Origin: Aneurinibacillus sp.
Lineage (GTDB): Bacteria; Bacillota; UBA5301; DYFA01
DNA length: 64,000 nucleotides
Assembly: GCA_020725425.1 (NCBI GenBank)
Contig: DYFA01000027.1
Span: forward strand, 24,131-88,130
Reading direction: 5' to 3'
Of the stretch, positions 47,861-56,747 are shown piece after piece. Below the pieces are notes generated by a model that worked only from the letters and a program-made list of their open reading frames with translations, was not told the origin of the DNA and ran no database searches. Each line of letters begins with the position of its first letter. Within the stretch, counting starts at the first letter, position 1. Made by a program: the position numbers and the translations under genes.

Positions 47861-47926
47861 GGCGCGTCCCTCCCCTCGGTGAATCGGTAGAGGGTATGCG
47901 CCGGGGCAGCCGGGTATTTCGTTGGC

Positions 47927-48577
47927 CTAAGTCCGGGGGGGCACCGAAACGTACGGGTTGTCGCGGAGCGAGAAACGCCAGGGCCGGTCGGCCCACTCGC
48001 CGGCGTAGGTCACGCCGATGCGGGGCGAGGCGACGATCTCGTCTCGGTCTACCGGACGCCCTTCCTCCAGGAAGAGCCGGTCACCGGTGAGATCGGCGCC
48101 GTAGAGGTCCATGTTGATCCCGAGAGCGGCGGTCAGCTTGCCCGGCCCGTTGGTGAGGCGGACGAGGTCGCGGGCGGTCCGGACCGGCAGCCGGCGCCGG
48201 CGGGCCATCAGCGCGACCCCCTCGAGGGGCTCCAGCGCCCGGACGAGAACCGCCTCCGGTTGGCCTCTCCCGGCGGCGACCACGTTGAAGCAGTAGTGCA
48301 TGCCGTAGACGAAGAAGATGTACGCCCGTCCCGGCGGGCCGAACATGGCGCGGGTGCGTTGGGTGGGCCGCCCGCCGAAAGAGTGGGCGGCCCGGTCGTG
48401 CGGACCGCAGTACGCCTCCACTTCGACAATCATCCCGCTCGTCCGCCCCTCTGGGGCCTCATGAACCAGGACCTTGCCGAGCAAGGCGGGGGCCAGGGCC
48501 AGCGCCCCCCGGGCGTAGAAACCGCGGGGCAGTTTCCGGCGGGAGTATTCCTGGCCGGAACCGCCTGCGCCGTTCAT
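47927..48577 (-). CDS. mpg: DNA-3-methyladenine glycosylase (Mpg/AAG family)
   Basis: MPG-family motifs (IVEVEAYCGPHDRAAH; YIFFVYGMHYCFNVV; GPGKLTAALGI). Confidence 0.85.
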   Translation of the reverse strand: MNGAGGSGQEYSRRKLPRGFYARGALALAPALLGKVLVHEAPEGRTSGMIVEVEAYCGPHDRAAHSFGGRPTQRTRAMFGPPGRAYIFFVYGMHYCFNVVAAGRGQPEAVLVRALEPLEGVALMARRRRLPVRTARDLVRLTNGPGKLTAALGINMDLYGADLTGDRLFLEEGRPVDRDEIVASPRIGVTYAGEWADRPWRFSLRDNPYVSVPPRT

Positions 48578-49347
48578 CGCGACCCGCGGAGAACGCGCGC
48601 CGCTGGCGCCGGGACCAGATGCTCAGGCGAGGGATCTATGGCGCAGCGGGCCAGGGCGGTCCCGCCCAGGAGCATCGGGGAGACGACCCGGGTGGCACCG
48701 GCGAGATACAGCTTCCGCGCCGCCTCGGCGTTCGAGGCGGCGGCGATGATCTCGGCGTCCGGGTTGAGGTCCACTGCCTCGAGGACCACGTACGTGTTGT
48801 CCTCATCCGGCTCGAAGGTGACAATCACCCCGGCTGCCCGAGCCACCCCCGCCCGCTCGAGCACCTCCTGGCGCAGGGCGTTCCCGTGCACGAAGGGGAT
48901 GCCCAGCTGGCCGAGCTCCTCGGCTTTCTCGCCGACCCGGTCGATGACCACCACCTGCTTGCCCGCCCGGCGCAGCTCCTCCACGACGATCGTGCCGAGC
49001 CGGCCGTGTCCGCAGACCACGTAATGGCCGGAGAGCGAGTCGATCAATTTCTCCATGCGCCGCCACCTCCGCGTGAAGAGACCCCGGAAGTACTCCTCCA
49101 CGAGCGTGATTCCTACCCCGAAGATCAGGGCGATGGCGCTCGGGATCAGCAGGATGAGAAACAGCTTGCCGGCGGCCGTCTTCGGGACGAGATCCCCATA
49201 TCCGACAGTGGTGAAGGTGATCGTCGCCAGGTACAGGGCGTCAACGAGGGACAACCGCTCGACCCACATCAGGACGCCCACCGTCACGGCGTAGACCAGC
49301 GCCAGCAGCTTCAGATAGGTTGTGGCCCGGTTACTGGTGGTATTCAC
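48574..49347 (-). CDS. Two-TM potassium channel with C-terminal RCK/TrkA-N domain (MthK-like)
   Basis: Selectivity filter TTVGYGD between two transmembrane helices. RCK Rossmann motif VVCGHGRLG. Confidence 0.85.
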   Translation of the reverse strand: MNTTSNRATTYLKLLALVYAVTVGVLMWVERLSLVDALYLATITFTTVGYGDLVPKTAAGKLFLILLIPSAIALIFGVGITLVEEYFRGLFTRRWRRMEKLIDSLSGHYVVCGHGRLGTIVVEELRRAGKQVVVIDRVGEKAEELGQLGIPFVHGNALRQEVLERAGVARAAGVIVTFEPDEDNTYVVLEAVDLNPDAEIIAAASNAEAARKLYLAGATRVVSPMLLGGTALARCAIDPSPEHLVPAPAARVLRGSR

Positions 49348-49514
49348 CGGCTTTCCCTCCGCTACCCCTCACACTTTTCGGTGAGAGCCGGGCAAATCCT
49401 TGTGGCCGGACTGGTCGCAGCCGACAGGAGACTGGACAATTAGGGAAGCCATGGGAGGAACGGCTTTCCGGGCGGCGAATAGAACCATATCACGCACTCC
49501 CAGGGGGGATAGAC

Positions 49515-51338
49515 GTGGCCGATTCTGGGCTCGGTTCCCGCTCGCGGCTCGGGCGAGGCTCGCTCCTTCTTACTTTGGCCGTCGTCCTCGTCCTGGGGGG
49601 ACTCCCGGCCGCAGCCAGCGCCAGCCTGCCTGCCGCCGACCTTTTGGTCACCACCACTGGCGAGACCAAGCTGGTCGGAACGCTGGAAGAAGCCTATCTC
49701 TCCCTGGAAGCCTTCGGTACGGTCCTGCAGCTGCCGCTCGGTTTCGTCACCTCGCTTCAGAGGCTCGAGAACGGCCAGGTTCGCCTGGAGTTGATCAATC
49801 ACGACGTGCTCACCGGCACCCTACGCAACCGGGTGTTCTCCTTCTCCACCCCGTCAGCCAAGATGACCATCCCGGTCGAGAAGGTCAAGGCGCTCTCCCT
49901 AAAGACGCGGCAGGCGCCGCCGGAGGCCGTGGAGAGCCTCCTGGTCTCCCTCAAAAACGGTGATGCGCTGGCCTGGATGCTGGTGCCGACGGAACCGGTC
50001 ATCCTCTCGTTCGAGACTTCGTTCAGCGACCCGATCCGGATCCAGCTCGACAAGGTGCGGGAGATCCGCCTGAAGGACGGCGCACCGGATATCGCGGAGT
50101 TGGGGAACGGGGACGTGATCTTCGGGCGGCTCCAGGACTCCCTTCTCCGGGTGCGGACGTACTATCAGCCCGTGGAGCTCCCCCGGGCCGAGGTGGCGAG
50201 CATCGTCTTTCTGAGCAAGCAGGAAGCCAAAGCCCGCTTCACCGGCGTTGAGGAAGCGGAGCCAGCCGCCCCTGCCCAACCTCCGGCTCCCCCTGCCCAG
50301 GCCGCCGCACCGGCGGGCGCCCGCCCGCTTACGGCGACCAGCCTGACTATCAGTACCGCGAACCCTTTGGCTGACCCGCGCGTGGCCGATGCCTACCAGC
50401 CCTTTTCCGATTACACCTATAGCTCCATAGGGGCGTTGGCTGTGGCAGTGGGGGTGCCTGGGGTCAGCGGCGAGAAGACGGGGCGGGAGATCTGGGTGTA
50501 TCACCGCACGGGGAAGCGGGTGGTGATCGAGGCGCCCGGCGAGGCCTCGTCACCGGCCTGGAGCCCGGACGGCCAACGCCTGGCGTACGACTTCCGGCCG
50601 GCCGGCTCGCCCACCTCCGAGATCTGGATCAGCGCGGCCGACGGTTCCTCCCGCCGGCAGCTTTCCCGAGACGGGGCGGGTTCCCATTCCAGCCTCGCCT
50701 GGTCACCCGAGGGCAAGCGCCTGGCCTACGTGGCCCGGGATTACCAGACCGGCACCAACGGGGTCTGGGTGATGAGCCTGGACGGCGGTGCGGCGGTGAG
50801 GCTGCTCTCCAGCAACTTTGACTACTTCTCCAGCCTCCAGTGGTCGCCCGACGGGCGGAAGCTCCTGGTCGTCAGCGGGGTGCCCGGGGCGAACCCCCGC
50901 TCCACCCTGAAGCTGATCGACGTGGAGAGCAAGGCGGTGATGGATTTCCTGCCGCGGACGGACAAAGGAGGGGTCAATGATCACCCCCGCTGGTCGCCGG
51001 ACGGCCGGGAGATCGCCTTCTCCTCCGACCGGAGCGGGACCCGCCAGATCTGGCTCGTCCGGGCTGACGGCACCAACCTCCGCCGCCTGACCAGTGGAGA
51101 CGAGCCGAAGGACTTCCCGGTGTGGTCGCCCGACAGCCGGGTGGTGATGTATTGGGCGGGGCGGAACGGTTTGGGTAACCTCTGGCTGGTCAACGCCTCT
51201 GGGGGAGAGAGCGTCCAGTTGACCAGCAGCGGGCGGATCACCGGGCGGGCCGAGTGGTCCCCGGACGGCCAGCAGATGGTGTTCACCAAGCGCGAGCAGA
51301 GTCTCCAGCTTTGGACGGCGGTCCTGGTGGCCAAGTGA
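49515..51338 (+). CDS. Secreted protein: two unknown ~85-aa modules + Pro/Ala linker + TolB-like beta-propeller
   Basis: GTG at 49515, signal peptide. Two N-terminal modules are paralogous to the next gene. The C-terminus carries 6 or more repeats of type WSPDG(Q/R)..A/VW. Confidence 0.6.
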   Translation: MADSGLGSRSRLGRGSLLLTLAVVLVLGGLPAAASASLPAADLLVTTTGETKLVGTLEEAYLSLEAFGTVLQLPLGFVTSLQRLENGQVRLELINHDVLTGTLRNRVFSFSTPSAKMTIPVEKVKALSLKTRQAPPEAVESLLVSLKNGDALAWMLVPTEPVILSFETSFSDPIRIQLDKVREIRLKDGAPDIAELGNGDVIFGRLQDSLLRVRTYYQPVELPRAEVASIVFLSKQEAKARFTGVEEAEPAAPAQPPAPPAQAAAPAGARPLTATSLTISTANPLADPRVADAYQPFSDYTYSSIGALAVAVGVPGVSGEKTGREIWVYHRTGKRVVIEAPGEASSPAWSPDGQRLAYDFRPAGSPTSEIWISAADGSSRRQLSRDGAGSHSSLAWSPEGKRLAYVARDYQTGTNGVWVMSLDGGAAVRLLSSNFDYFSSLQWSPDGRKLLVVSGVPGANPRSTLKLIDVESKAVMDFLPRTDKGGVNDHPRWSPDGREIAFSSDRSGTRQIWLVRADGTNLRRLTSGDEPKDFPVWSPDSRVVMYWAGRNGLGNLWLVNASGGESVQLTSSGRITGRAEWSPDGQQMVFTKREQSLQLWTAVLVAK

Positions 51339-51368
51339 CGTCATCCGAAACGGGTAGGGGGAGCCGGG

Positions 51369-52043
51369 ATGAAGAGGACGAGGCGCACGTTGGGGATGGC
51401 AGCCGTAGGACTTTGGCTGGTGTTGGCTCTGGGAAGCCCGGCCTGGGCTGCGGTGGGCGTGATCGAGACGACCGCCGGTGAGACCCTGGAGGGACAACTG
51501 GCCGAGGAGTTCGTCTTCCTCGAGAGCCCAATCGTGGGGCAACTCACTCTCGCAGCCAACCAGGTGACGCGGGTCACGATCTCCCCCGGGAAGGTGGAAC
51601 TGGCCGGGGGGGACGTGCTCTCCGGGACCATCAAGAACGAGCTGATCCACTTCACGACCGAGTTCGCCGCCGTCGCCATCCGCACGGACAAGGTGCGCAG
51701 TCTCACCGTGAAAGACGTGACCCTGCCGGCGGGAGCGCCGGGCGGTGTCGAGGTGCGATTGCGCAACGGCGACCAGGTCCGGGGGGCCTTGACCTTCGAC
51801 CGGGCTGCCCGGCCGAGCGTCGGGGTGTCGACCAGCTACGCCGGGACGGTCAGCGTGGCGCTGGGCGAGATCGCCGACATCCAGTCGACCGGCGACCAGT
51901 ACCTGGTCACCATGCGGGACGGGTCCCGGCTCACCGGCGCTATCACCAACGCCTTCTTCGTCCTGCGGACCGCTTACGGGGAACTGGTTCTCCCTCGGGC
52001 GGCCATCGCCAGCTTCACCTTTCCCAAGACCGTCAAGAAGTGA
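51369..52043 (+). CDS. Secreted protein consisting of the same two-module domain as the N-terminus of the upstream gene
   Basis: Signal peptide. Module 1 (IETTAGETLEGQL...VLSGTIKNE...KVRSLTVK) and module 2 (NGDQVRG...GDQYLVTM...LPRAAIASFTF) match the upstream protein (e.g. LPRAEVASIVF). Confidence 0.55.
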   Translation: MKRTRRTLGMAAVGLWLVLALGSPAWAAVGVIETTAGETLEGQLAEEFVFLESPIVGQLTLAANQVTRVTISPGKVELAGGDVLSGTIKNELIHFTTEFAAVAIRTDKVRSLTVKDVTLPAGAPGGVEVRLRNGDQVRGALTFDRAARPSVGVSTSYAGTVSVALGEIADIQSTGDQYLVTMRDGSRLTGAITNAFFVLRTAYGELVLPRAAIASFTFPKTVKK

Positions 52044-52839
52044 GTCGGGTGTGGTAGGCGGGCAGACGCACGAGTTCCACCTCGCCGGCGACGGCGAGGT
52101 GGTCGCCTTTTACGAGGAGGGCTCCGGCCACGCCGGGGACGGTGAGGGCCCAGTCGGCCGCCGCCTGGAGGTCCGCCGCGGAGTGCACCCGGTTGCCGGC
52201 GGCGGTGGCCACCGCGTCGGCCAGCGCGGCGTCCGGGGCCACGACTACCGCCGCGTCGGCACTCCCGAAGCTGAGGGACGGCCCGACCGTCCCGGCGGAG
52301 GTGCAGACGCCGGTGGGCAACTTCTCCGGGGGGAGGCGGAGGCCGAGGAGGCCAGTGAAGGGGGATTCGCCGGCGAAGACGGCGACGGTTAGCGGCTGCC
52401 GGGAGGCCAGGTAGAGGTCGCCGCCGTTCTCAATCACCACCTCGGAAGTCTGTTCTCGCAGCTTCTCCCCGACCTCCGCCGCGATAGCTCCGGCCACCGC
52501 CGCCATCGGCCCTACACCGGCGGCTTCCGCAGCCCGGGCCATGCGTCGGACGAGGCGGGGCGCATGGGGCGGCACCGGGCGCGGGGCGAGGGCGGTCCAG
52601 AAGGCGGGGTCCACGGCCAGAAAGGCTTCGAGGCCCCGCCGCGCCTCCCGGACGAGCTGTTCCACGAAGCGCCGCCAGGCGGCGACGTCCGCCTCCCGTC
52701 CCCCACCCCCTCCGGCTGCCGGCCCCAGGCGGACGAAGAGGTCCGTCTCCTGGATCCGGACCTCGAAGGAGACCAGGTCCGGCGCCTCCCGGGTCCAGGT
52801 GCGGTAGGTCCGCCGAACGTACGAGCGGGGGTGGCGCAT
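52033..52839 (-). CDS. UPF0280/COG2122 (ApbE-like) protein, a frequent partner of COG1900 in homocysteine biosynthesis clusters
   Basis: Family-level recognition from gene context and the Gly/Ala-rich C-terminal half. Confidence 0.5.
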   Translation of the reverse strand: MRHPRSYVRRTYRTWTREAPDLVSFEVRIQETDLFVRLGPAAGGGGGREADVAAWRRFVEQLVREARRGLEAFLAVDPAFWTALAPRPVPPHAPRLVRRMARAAEAAGVGPMAAVAGAIAAEVGEKLREQTSEVVIENGGDLYLASRQPLTVAVFAGESPFTGLLGLRLPPEKLPTGVCTSAGTVGPSLSFGSADAAVVVAPDAALADAVATAAGNRVHSAADLQAAADWALTVPGVAGALLVKGDHLAVAGEVELVRLPAYHTRLTS

Positions 52840-52840
52840 C

Positions 52841-53251
52841 TCAGAAGGAGACCCGGAGGATCCCCAGCGGGCAGGCGGTCACGCACTGCTCGCAGACGAT
52901 ACATCTGTCCTGGTCGAAGGAGAGCTCCCAGCTCTCCGGGTTGAGCGCCAACGCCTGGGGGCGGCAGACGGCGGTGCAGGCCCCGCAGTGGATGCACTCC
53001 GCCTCGTTCCACGTGATCTCCCGGGAAAGCGGCTCCACCTGCGCCCCGTTCTCCCGGAGGAAGGCCAGCCCCCGCTCGACCTGTTCCTCCGAGGAGTTAC
53101 CGATCTCGAGGACGAGCTTTCCCTCCTCCTCAGGGGAGATGCGGGCGAAGAGGATGTTGATCACCAGGTCGAAGTCCTTGACCAGATGGTAGGTGAGGGG
53201 CTTCTCCGCAAGCCCGGGGGGGAAGGTGATGACGATGCGCTTCTTGATCAT
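52841..53251 (-). CDS. NIL-domain + 2x[4Fe-4S] ferredoxin protein
   Basis: N-terminal NIL-like domain (VITFPPGLAEKPLTYHLVKDFDLVINILFARI). Two Cys clusters CIHCGACTAVC and CIVCEQCVTACP. Confidence 0.7.
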   Translation of the reverse strand: MIKKRIVITFPPGLAEKPLTYHLVKDFDLVINILFARISPEEEGKLVLEIGNSSEEQVERGLAFLRENGAQVEPLSREITWNEAECIHCGACTAVCRPQALALNPESWELSFDQDRCIVCEQCVTACPLGILRVSF

Positions 53252-53254
53252 GGG

Positions 53255-54421
53255 CTACTCCTCTCCTTCCGCCTGCCGGATAGTCAACGGCCGGAACGGG
53301 GTGGTGGCCGGGAGCGGCTGAACCGGCGGGTTCAGGGCGAACCGGCCGGCCCGCACCTCCTCCCGGAGCAGAGCGGCGATCCGGCGGGCCTTGGCCAGGC
53401 TGCTCAGGGGAGCAGTGGGAACGCGCCGGCCCTGCAGGGTCACGGCGCCGCTGCGCAGCTCGGCGTAGCTTACCTGCGCCAGCGCCGGCCGGGACCGGAC
53501 GGGGACGCCGTAATCGTAGACGCTGGTCAGGATATCCTTGTCCCGGATGGCCAACTGGGCGGCGAGGTCCTGGTCCAGTACCGGGATAGGGACGCCGACA
53601 CCGACGTAGAGCGTCACCCCGTAACGGTGGAAAACCGCCGCCCGGAGGTACTCGCGGCTCATCTCCTTCAGGTTGCCGATCAGCGCCAGGGTCCCCGCCC
53701 CGCCCAGCGGCACCCCCTGATCTGTCCGCTTGACGGCCGGGTTGTGCTGCGTCCCCTCCCAGGCCACGTAACCCTGGGCGCCGCCGAGGAAGACCCGTGT
53801 GCCGACCCCGATGGTGCGGTAGTACGGGTCGTTCAGGAGCGGGCTCAACTGGCCGGCGGTGGAGTAGGTGACGTTGCCGTACCTGGGCAGGAGAGTGCCC
53901 ATGTAGGTGTAGATGGTCCGGTCGGACCCGTTGGTCGCCGCAGCGTAGTTCTGGTAGGCGTTGCGGGGGTTGAAGAGATAGGCCTGGTTGACCTCGCGCA
54001 GGCTCACCCAGGTCTCCACCTCGCGCCGGGGGTAGCAGTCGGTTCCCTGGGAGACCGCCCGCAGCCGTACCCGTTTCCCGGCCACCAGTTCCTCGATGAC
54101 GTGGGCCCCGCCGTAGGTCGGGTCGAGTTCGGACTGCTCGGTGGCGCCGAGGTAGGCGTCCACGGCTGCCAGGCCTCCATAGGCCGGAACGCCGTTGAGC
54201 CAGACCCGGCTCATCTTGATCGGCGGGTCGGCGTGCCCGAAGTTCAGAAAAGCCCCGGAAGAACACATGGCGCCGAAGGTGGCGGTGGTGACCACGTCCA
54301 CCGTCTCGGCGGCCCGGTCAACCCCCTGCTCGTCGACCGCCTTCAGGAATTCCTCCTTGGTCAGGACGACCGCTTTCCCTTGGCGTATGCGGTGTGCGAT
54401 CTCTTCGTAGCTCTTGGCCAT
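53255..54421 (-). CDS. COG1900/DUF39 homocysteine biosynthesis protein (sulfide-dependent route)
   Basis: Characteristic N-terminus MAKSYEEIAHRIRQGKAVVLTKEEF...VDVVTTATFGAMCSSGAFLNFG...WLNGVPAYGG.AAVDAYLGAT. The gene is preceded by a SAM riboswitch. Confidence 0.7.
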   Translation of the reverse strand: MAKSYEEIAHRIRQGKAVVLTKEEFLKAVDEQGVDRAAETVDVVTTATFGAMCSSGAFLNFGHADPPIKMSRVWLNGVPAYGGLAAVDAYLGATEQSELDPTYGGAHVIEELVAGKRVRLRAVSQGTDCYPRREVETWVSLREVNQAYLFNPRNAYQNYAAATNGSDRTIYTYMGTLLPRYGNVTYSTAGQLSPLLNDPYYRTIGVGTRVFLGGAQGYVAWEGTQHNPAVKRTDQGVPLGGAGTLALIGNLKEMSREYLRAAVFHRYGVTLYVGVGVPIPVLDQDLAAQLAIRDKDILTSVYDYGVPVRSRPALAQVSYAELRSGAVTLQGRRVPTAPLSSLAKARRIAALLREEVRAGRFALNPPVQPLPATTPFRPLTIRQAEGEE

Positions 54422-54439
54422 GCCGTTCCCTCCTTGCCG

Positions 54440-54645
54440 GTCTCTGCCCCGCCCCGCGGCGGGGCGTAAAGAAAGCGCCTGTTCCCTTGAGTGGAAAGGC
54501 GCCGGACAGGCCGTTTCTCATCTCTCAGGAACTGCTTCCTGCAGGATTTGGCACCGCACGGCCGGGCCGCCGGTTGCCGAGGCTTCATCGGGCCAGTCCC
54601 TCCACCTCTCGCGATGAGACCTTTGTGGTATGCGGTTGTAGTTGT
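54440..54645 (-). promoter_or_regulatory. SAM-I (S-box) riboswitch with terminator-like expression platform
   Basis: Minus strand reads CUCAUCgcGAGAGGUGGAGGGACUGGCCCGAUGAAGCCUCGGCAACC...GUGCGGUGCCAAAUCCUGCAGGAAG...GAGAUGAGA, which matches the SAM-I core and P1 pairing. It is followed by GGCGCC...GGCGCUUUCUUUA. Confidence 0.8.
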
Positions 54646-54652
54646 TGCTCCT

Positions 54653-54681
54653 ACTCTACCACCTGGACCCTCCCTTGTCAA
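54653..54681 (-). promoter_or_regulatory. Promoter of the riboswitch-controlled homocysteine operon
   Basis: Minus strand TTGACA (54681..54676), 17-nt spacer, TAGAGT (54658..54653). Confidence 0.5.
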
Positions 54682-54707
54682 CCACTATGACATCACCACT
54701 ATGACAT
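54681..54707. repeat. Tandem direct repeat 2 x ACCACTATGACAT abutting the -35 element
   Basis: Exact 13-mer repeated with 14-bp periodicity (54681-54693 and 54695-54707). Confidence 0.5.
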
Positions 54708-54825
54708 TCACTTTGTGACCGGGTGGGTGGAGACTCGCACCGGGGCGGGTCATGCCCGGCCCTCGGGCGGCGTAGGATTCTGGCAGGCCGCCGGAGAAAG
54801 CTACCGGCGACGGAGGGACAGCCCC

Positions 54826-55635
54826 ATGGAATGGCCGGACGAGGTAAAAGGGCTGCTGGAGGCGTTTCCCGGCGAGGTCTCGCTGGCGGTCGAGGTCCTG
54901 CCGGAGGGCGGGGGACCGGGGGCGCGGCTGAGCCACCGGGCGGAGGAGGCTTATCCGGCGGCGAGCCTGATCAAGCTGCCGGTGCTTCTTGCGGCGTTAG
55001 AGGCAGCCGAGCGGGGAGAGCTGCCGCTCGAGCAGGAAGTGGCGGTAGGGGGGGAAGCTACCGGCGGGGCCGGGGTGGTGGAGCACTTCCACCCCGGGAC
55101 CCGCCTTACCCTGGGCGACCTCCTCCTTTGCATGACCGCGGTCAGCGACAACGCCGCCACCAACCACGTGCTCGACCTGGTCGGGTTCGAGGCGGTGAAT
55201 GCCCTGTCCAGCAGGTTGGGGCTGAAGGATACTCTCCTGCGCCGGCGGATGATGGACGCCGCAGCGCGGGCCGCGGGGCGGGAGAACACCACCACCGCCG
55301 CCGACATGCACCGCCTCCTGCGCCAGTTGGTCCGTCCGGAGCTGGTCTCGCCGCGGGTGGCGGCCCACGCCCGCCGGCTGCTCGCGCTTCAACAGTTGAA
55401 GCTGGGATTCGGCACTTTCCTGCCCGAGGAGCGGGTCGCCCACAAGACGGGGGACTTGGCGGGTCTCTTCCACGACGCGGGCCTGGTGGACCCGGAGGGG
55501 CCGGTGACGGTGGTGTACGCCTTCCTCTCCAGGGGGGTGGAGAACCTCGGCGAGGCCTCGGTGGCTGCGGGGCGGGTGGGCCAGGCCGTGGCGGCGTGGG
55601 CGGCGTCCCTGGCCGGGGAGGGGCGCGGGCGATGA
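54826..55635 (+). CDS. Class A beta-lactamase-like serine hydrolase
   Basis: S-x-x-K (ASLIKLP), SDN and KTG (HKTGD) motifs. ATG 9 nt after GGAGGG. The track ORF 54715/54723 starts are unsupported. Confidence 0.7.
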   Translation: MEWPDEVKGLLEAFPGEVSLAVEVLPEGGGPGARLSHRAEEAYPAASLIKLPVLLAALEAAERGELPLEQEVAVGGEATGGAGVVEHFHPGTRLTLGDLLLCMTAVSDNAATNHVLDLVGFEAVNALSSRLGLKDTLLRRRMMDAAARAAGRENTTTAADMHRLLRQLVRPELVSPRVAAHARRLLALQQLKLGFGTFLPEERVAHKTGDLAGLFHDAGLVDPEGPVTVVYAFLSRGVENLGEASVAAGRVGQAVAAWAASLAGEGRGR

Positions 55636-56747
55636 GGATTGTGGGGGCGGCGGTCTATCCCGTCCGCCTGCCGAAGCGCACCGCCTTCCAGGTGGCCTAC
55701 GCCACCCGGACCGCCTGCCGCAGCGCCCTGCTGCGGCTGGAGACGGAGGACGGGCGCGTGGGGTGGGGCGAGGCGGTGCCGGTGGCGGAGGTGACAGGGG
55801 AGAGGCGGGCCGGGGCGTATGCCCAACTGGAACGGTTTGCCCGGGAGCGCCTGCCCGGCGCCGACCCCTTCGCCCGGGAGGAACTGAGCGTCCTCCTCCG
55901 GCAGGAGCTGGGGGCCTGGCCTTCGGCACGGTGTGCGGTGGACACCGCCCTGTGGGACCTGCGGGGCCAGGCGCTCGGCCTTTCCCTGCGCCAACTCCTC
56001 GGCGGGGCGCGGACCACCTTCCGCGCCAGTTGCAGCCTGGGGATCAAGGACACCGCCGCCACCGTGGCCGAGGGACGCGCTTTGCTGGCGAAGGGCTTCC
56101 GGGACCTCAAGATGAAGATCGGACTCGATCCCAAGGCTGACGCAGCCCGGGTGAAGGCGCTCCGGGCCGAACTCGGCCGGGGCTTCCGCCTCTACCTCGA
56201 CGCTAACCAGGGGTACACCGCCCGGGAAGCAATCGCCTTTCTCCAGGGGCTGGCGGAAGAGGGTGTGGAACTGGTGGAGCAGCCGGTGCCAGCAGGTGAC
56301 CTGGAGGGGCTGGCGGAGGTGAGCCGCCACAGCCCCATCCCGGTCGTGGCCGATGAGGCGGTCAAGGGGCCGGAGACCTTGGTGCCGCTCCTCGCCCGGC
56401 AAGCGGCCCATTTCATCAACGTGAAGCTGGCGAAGTGCGGCGGCCCCTCCGGGGCGGAGACGCTCGTCCGGATGGCGGAGGCGGCCGGGATGGGGGCGAT
56501 GGTCGGCTGCATGATCGAGAGCCGCGTCGGCATCACGGCCGGCCTTTCGGTGGCCCTGGCCCTGAACAACGTCCGCTACATCGACCTGGATGGGGCCTTC
56601 GACTTGGCCGACGACCTGGTGGCGGCGGGCGGAGCCCAGTTCGAGTGCGGCGAGCAGTTCCTGGTGGAGGGGCCGGGGCTGGGACTGACAGTGGACGAGG
56701 AGAAGCTGGCCCGCTACCGCGATGAAGGGCCGGAGGAGGATCAGTGA
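55632..56747 (+). CDS. ykfB: L-Ala-D/L-Glu dipeptide epimerase (enolase superfamily, YkfB-like)
   Basis: MR/MLE motifs (KMKIG; LYLDANQGY; VEQP; ADE; KLAKCGG; IESRVG). ATGA overlap upstream. Confidence 0.85.
   Translation: MRIVGAAVYPVRLPKRTAFQVAYATRTACRSALLRLETEDGRVGWGEAVPVAEVTGERRAGAYAQLERFARERLPGADPFAREELSVLLRQELGAWPSARCAVDTALWDLRGQALGLSLRQLLGGARTTFRASCSLGIKDTAATVAEGRALLAKGFRDLKMKIGLDPKADAARVKALRAELGRGFRLYLDANQGYTAREAIAFLQGLAEEGVELVEQPVPAGDLEGLAEVSRHSPIPVVADEAVKGPETLVPLLARQAAHFINVKLAKCGGPSGAETLVRMAEAAGMGAMVGCMIESRVGITAGLSVALALNNVRYIDLDGAFDLADDLVAAGGAQFECGEQFLVEGPGLGLTVDEEKLARYRDEGPEEDQ

Noticed and set aside
53130-54266. 378-aa minus-strand ORF in an alternative frame to the DUF39 gene
   Set aside because: Pro/Arg-rich junk. 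The co-located frame (53255-54421) carries the recognisable COG1900 sequence.
54723-56747. 674-aa plus-strand ORF
   Set aside because: Only the last 371 aa (from the ATG at 55632) match the dipeptide epimerase. The N-terminal 300 aa are an out-of-frame overlap of the beta-lactamase-like gene.
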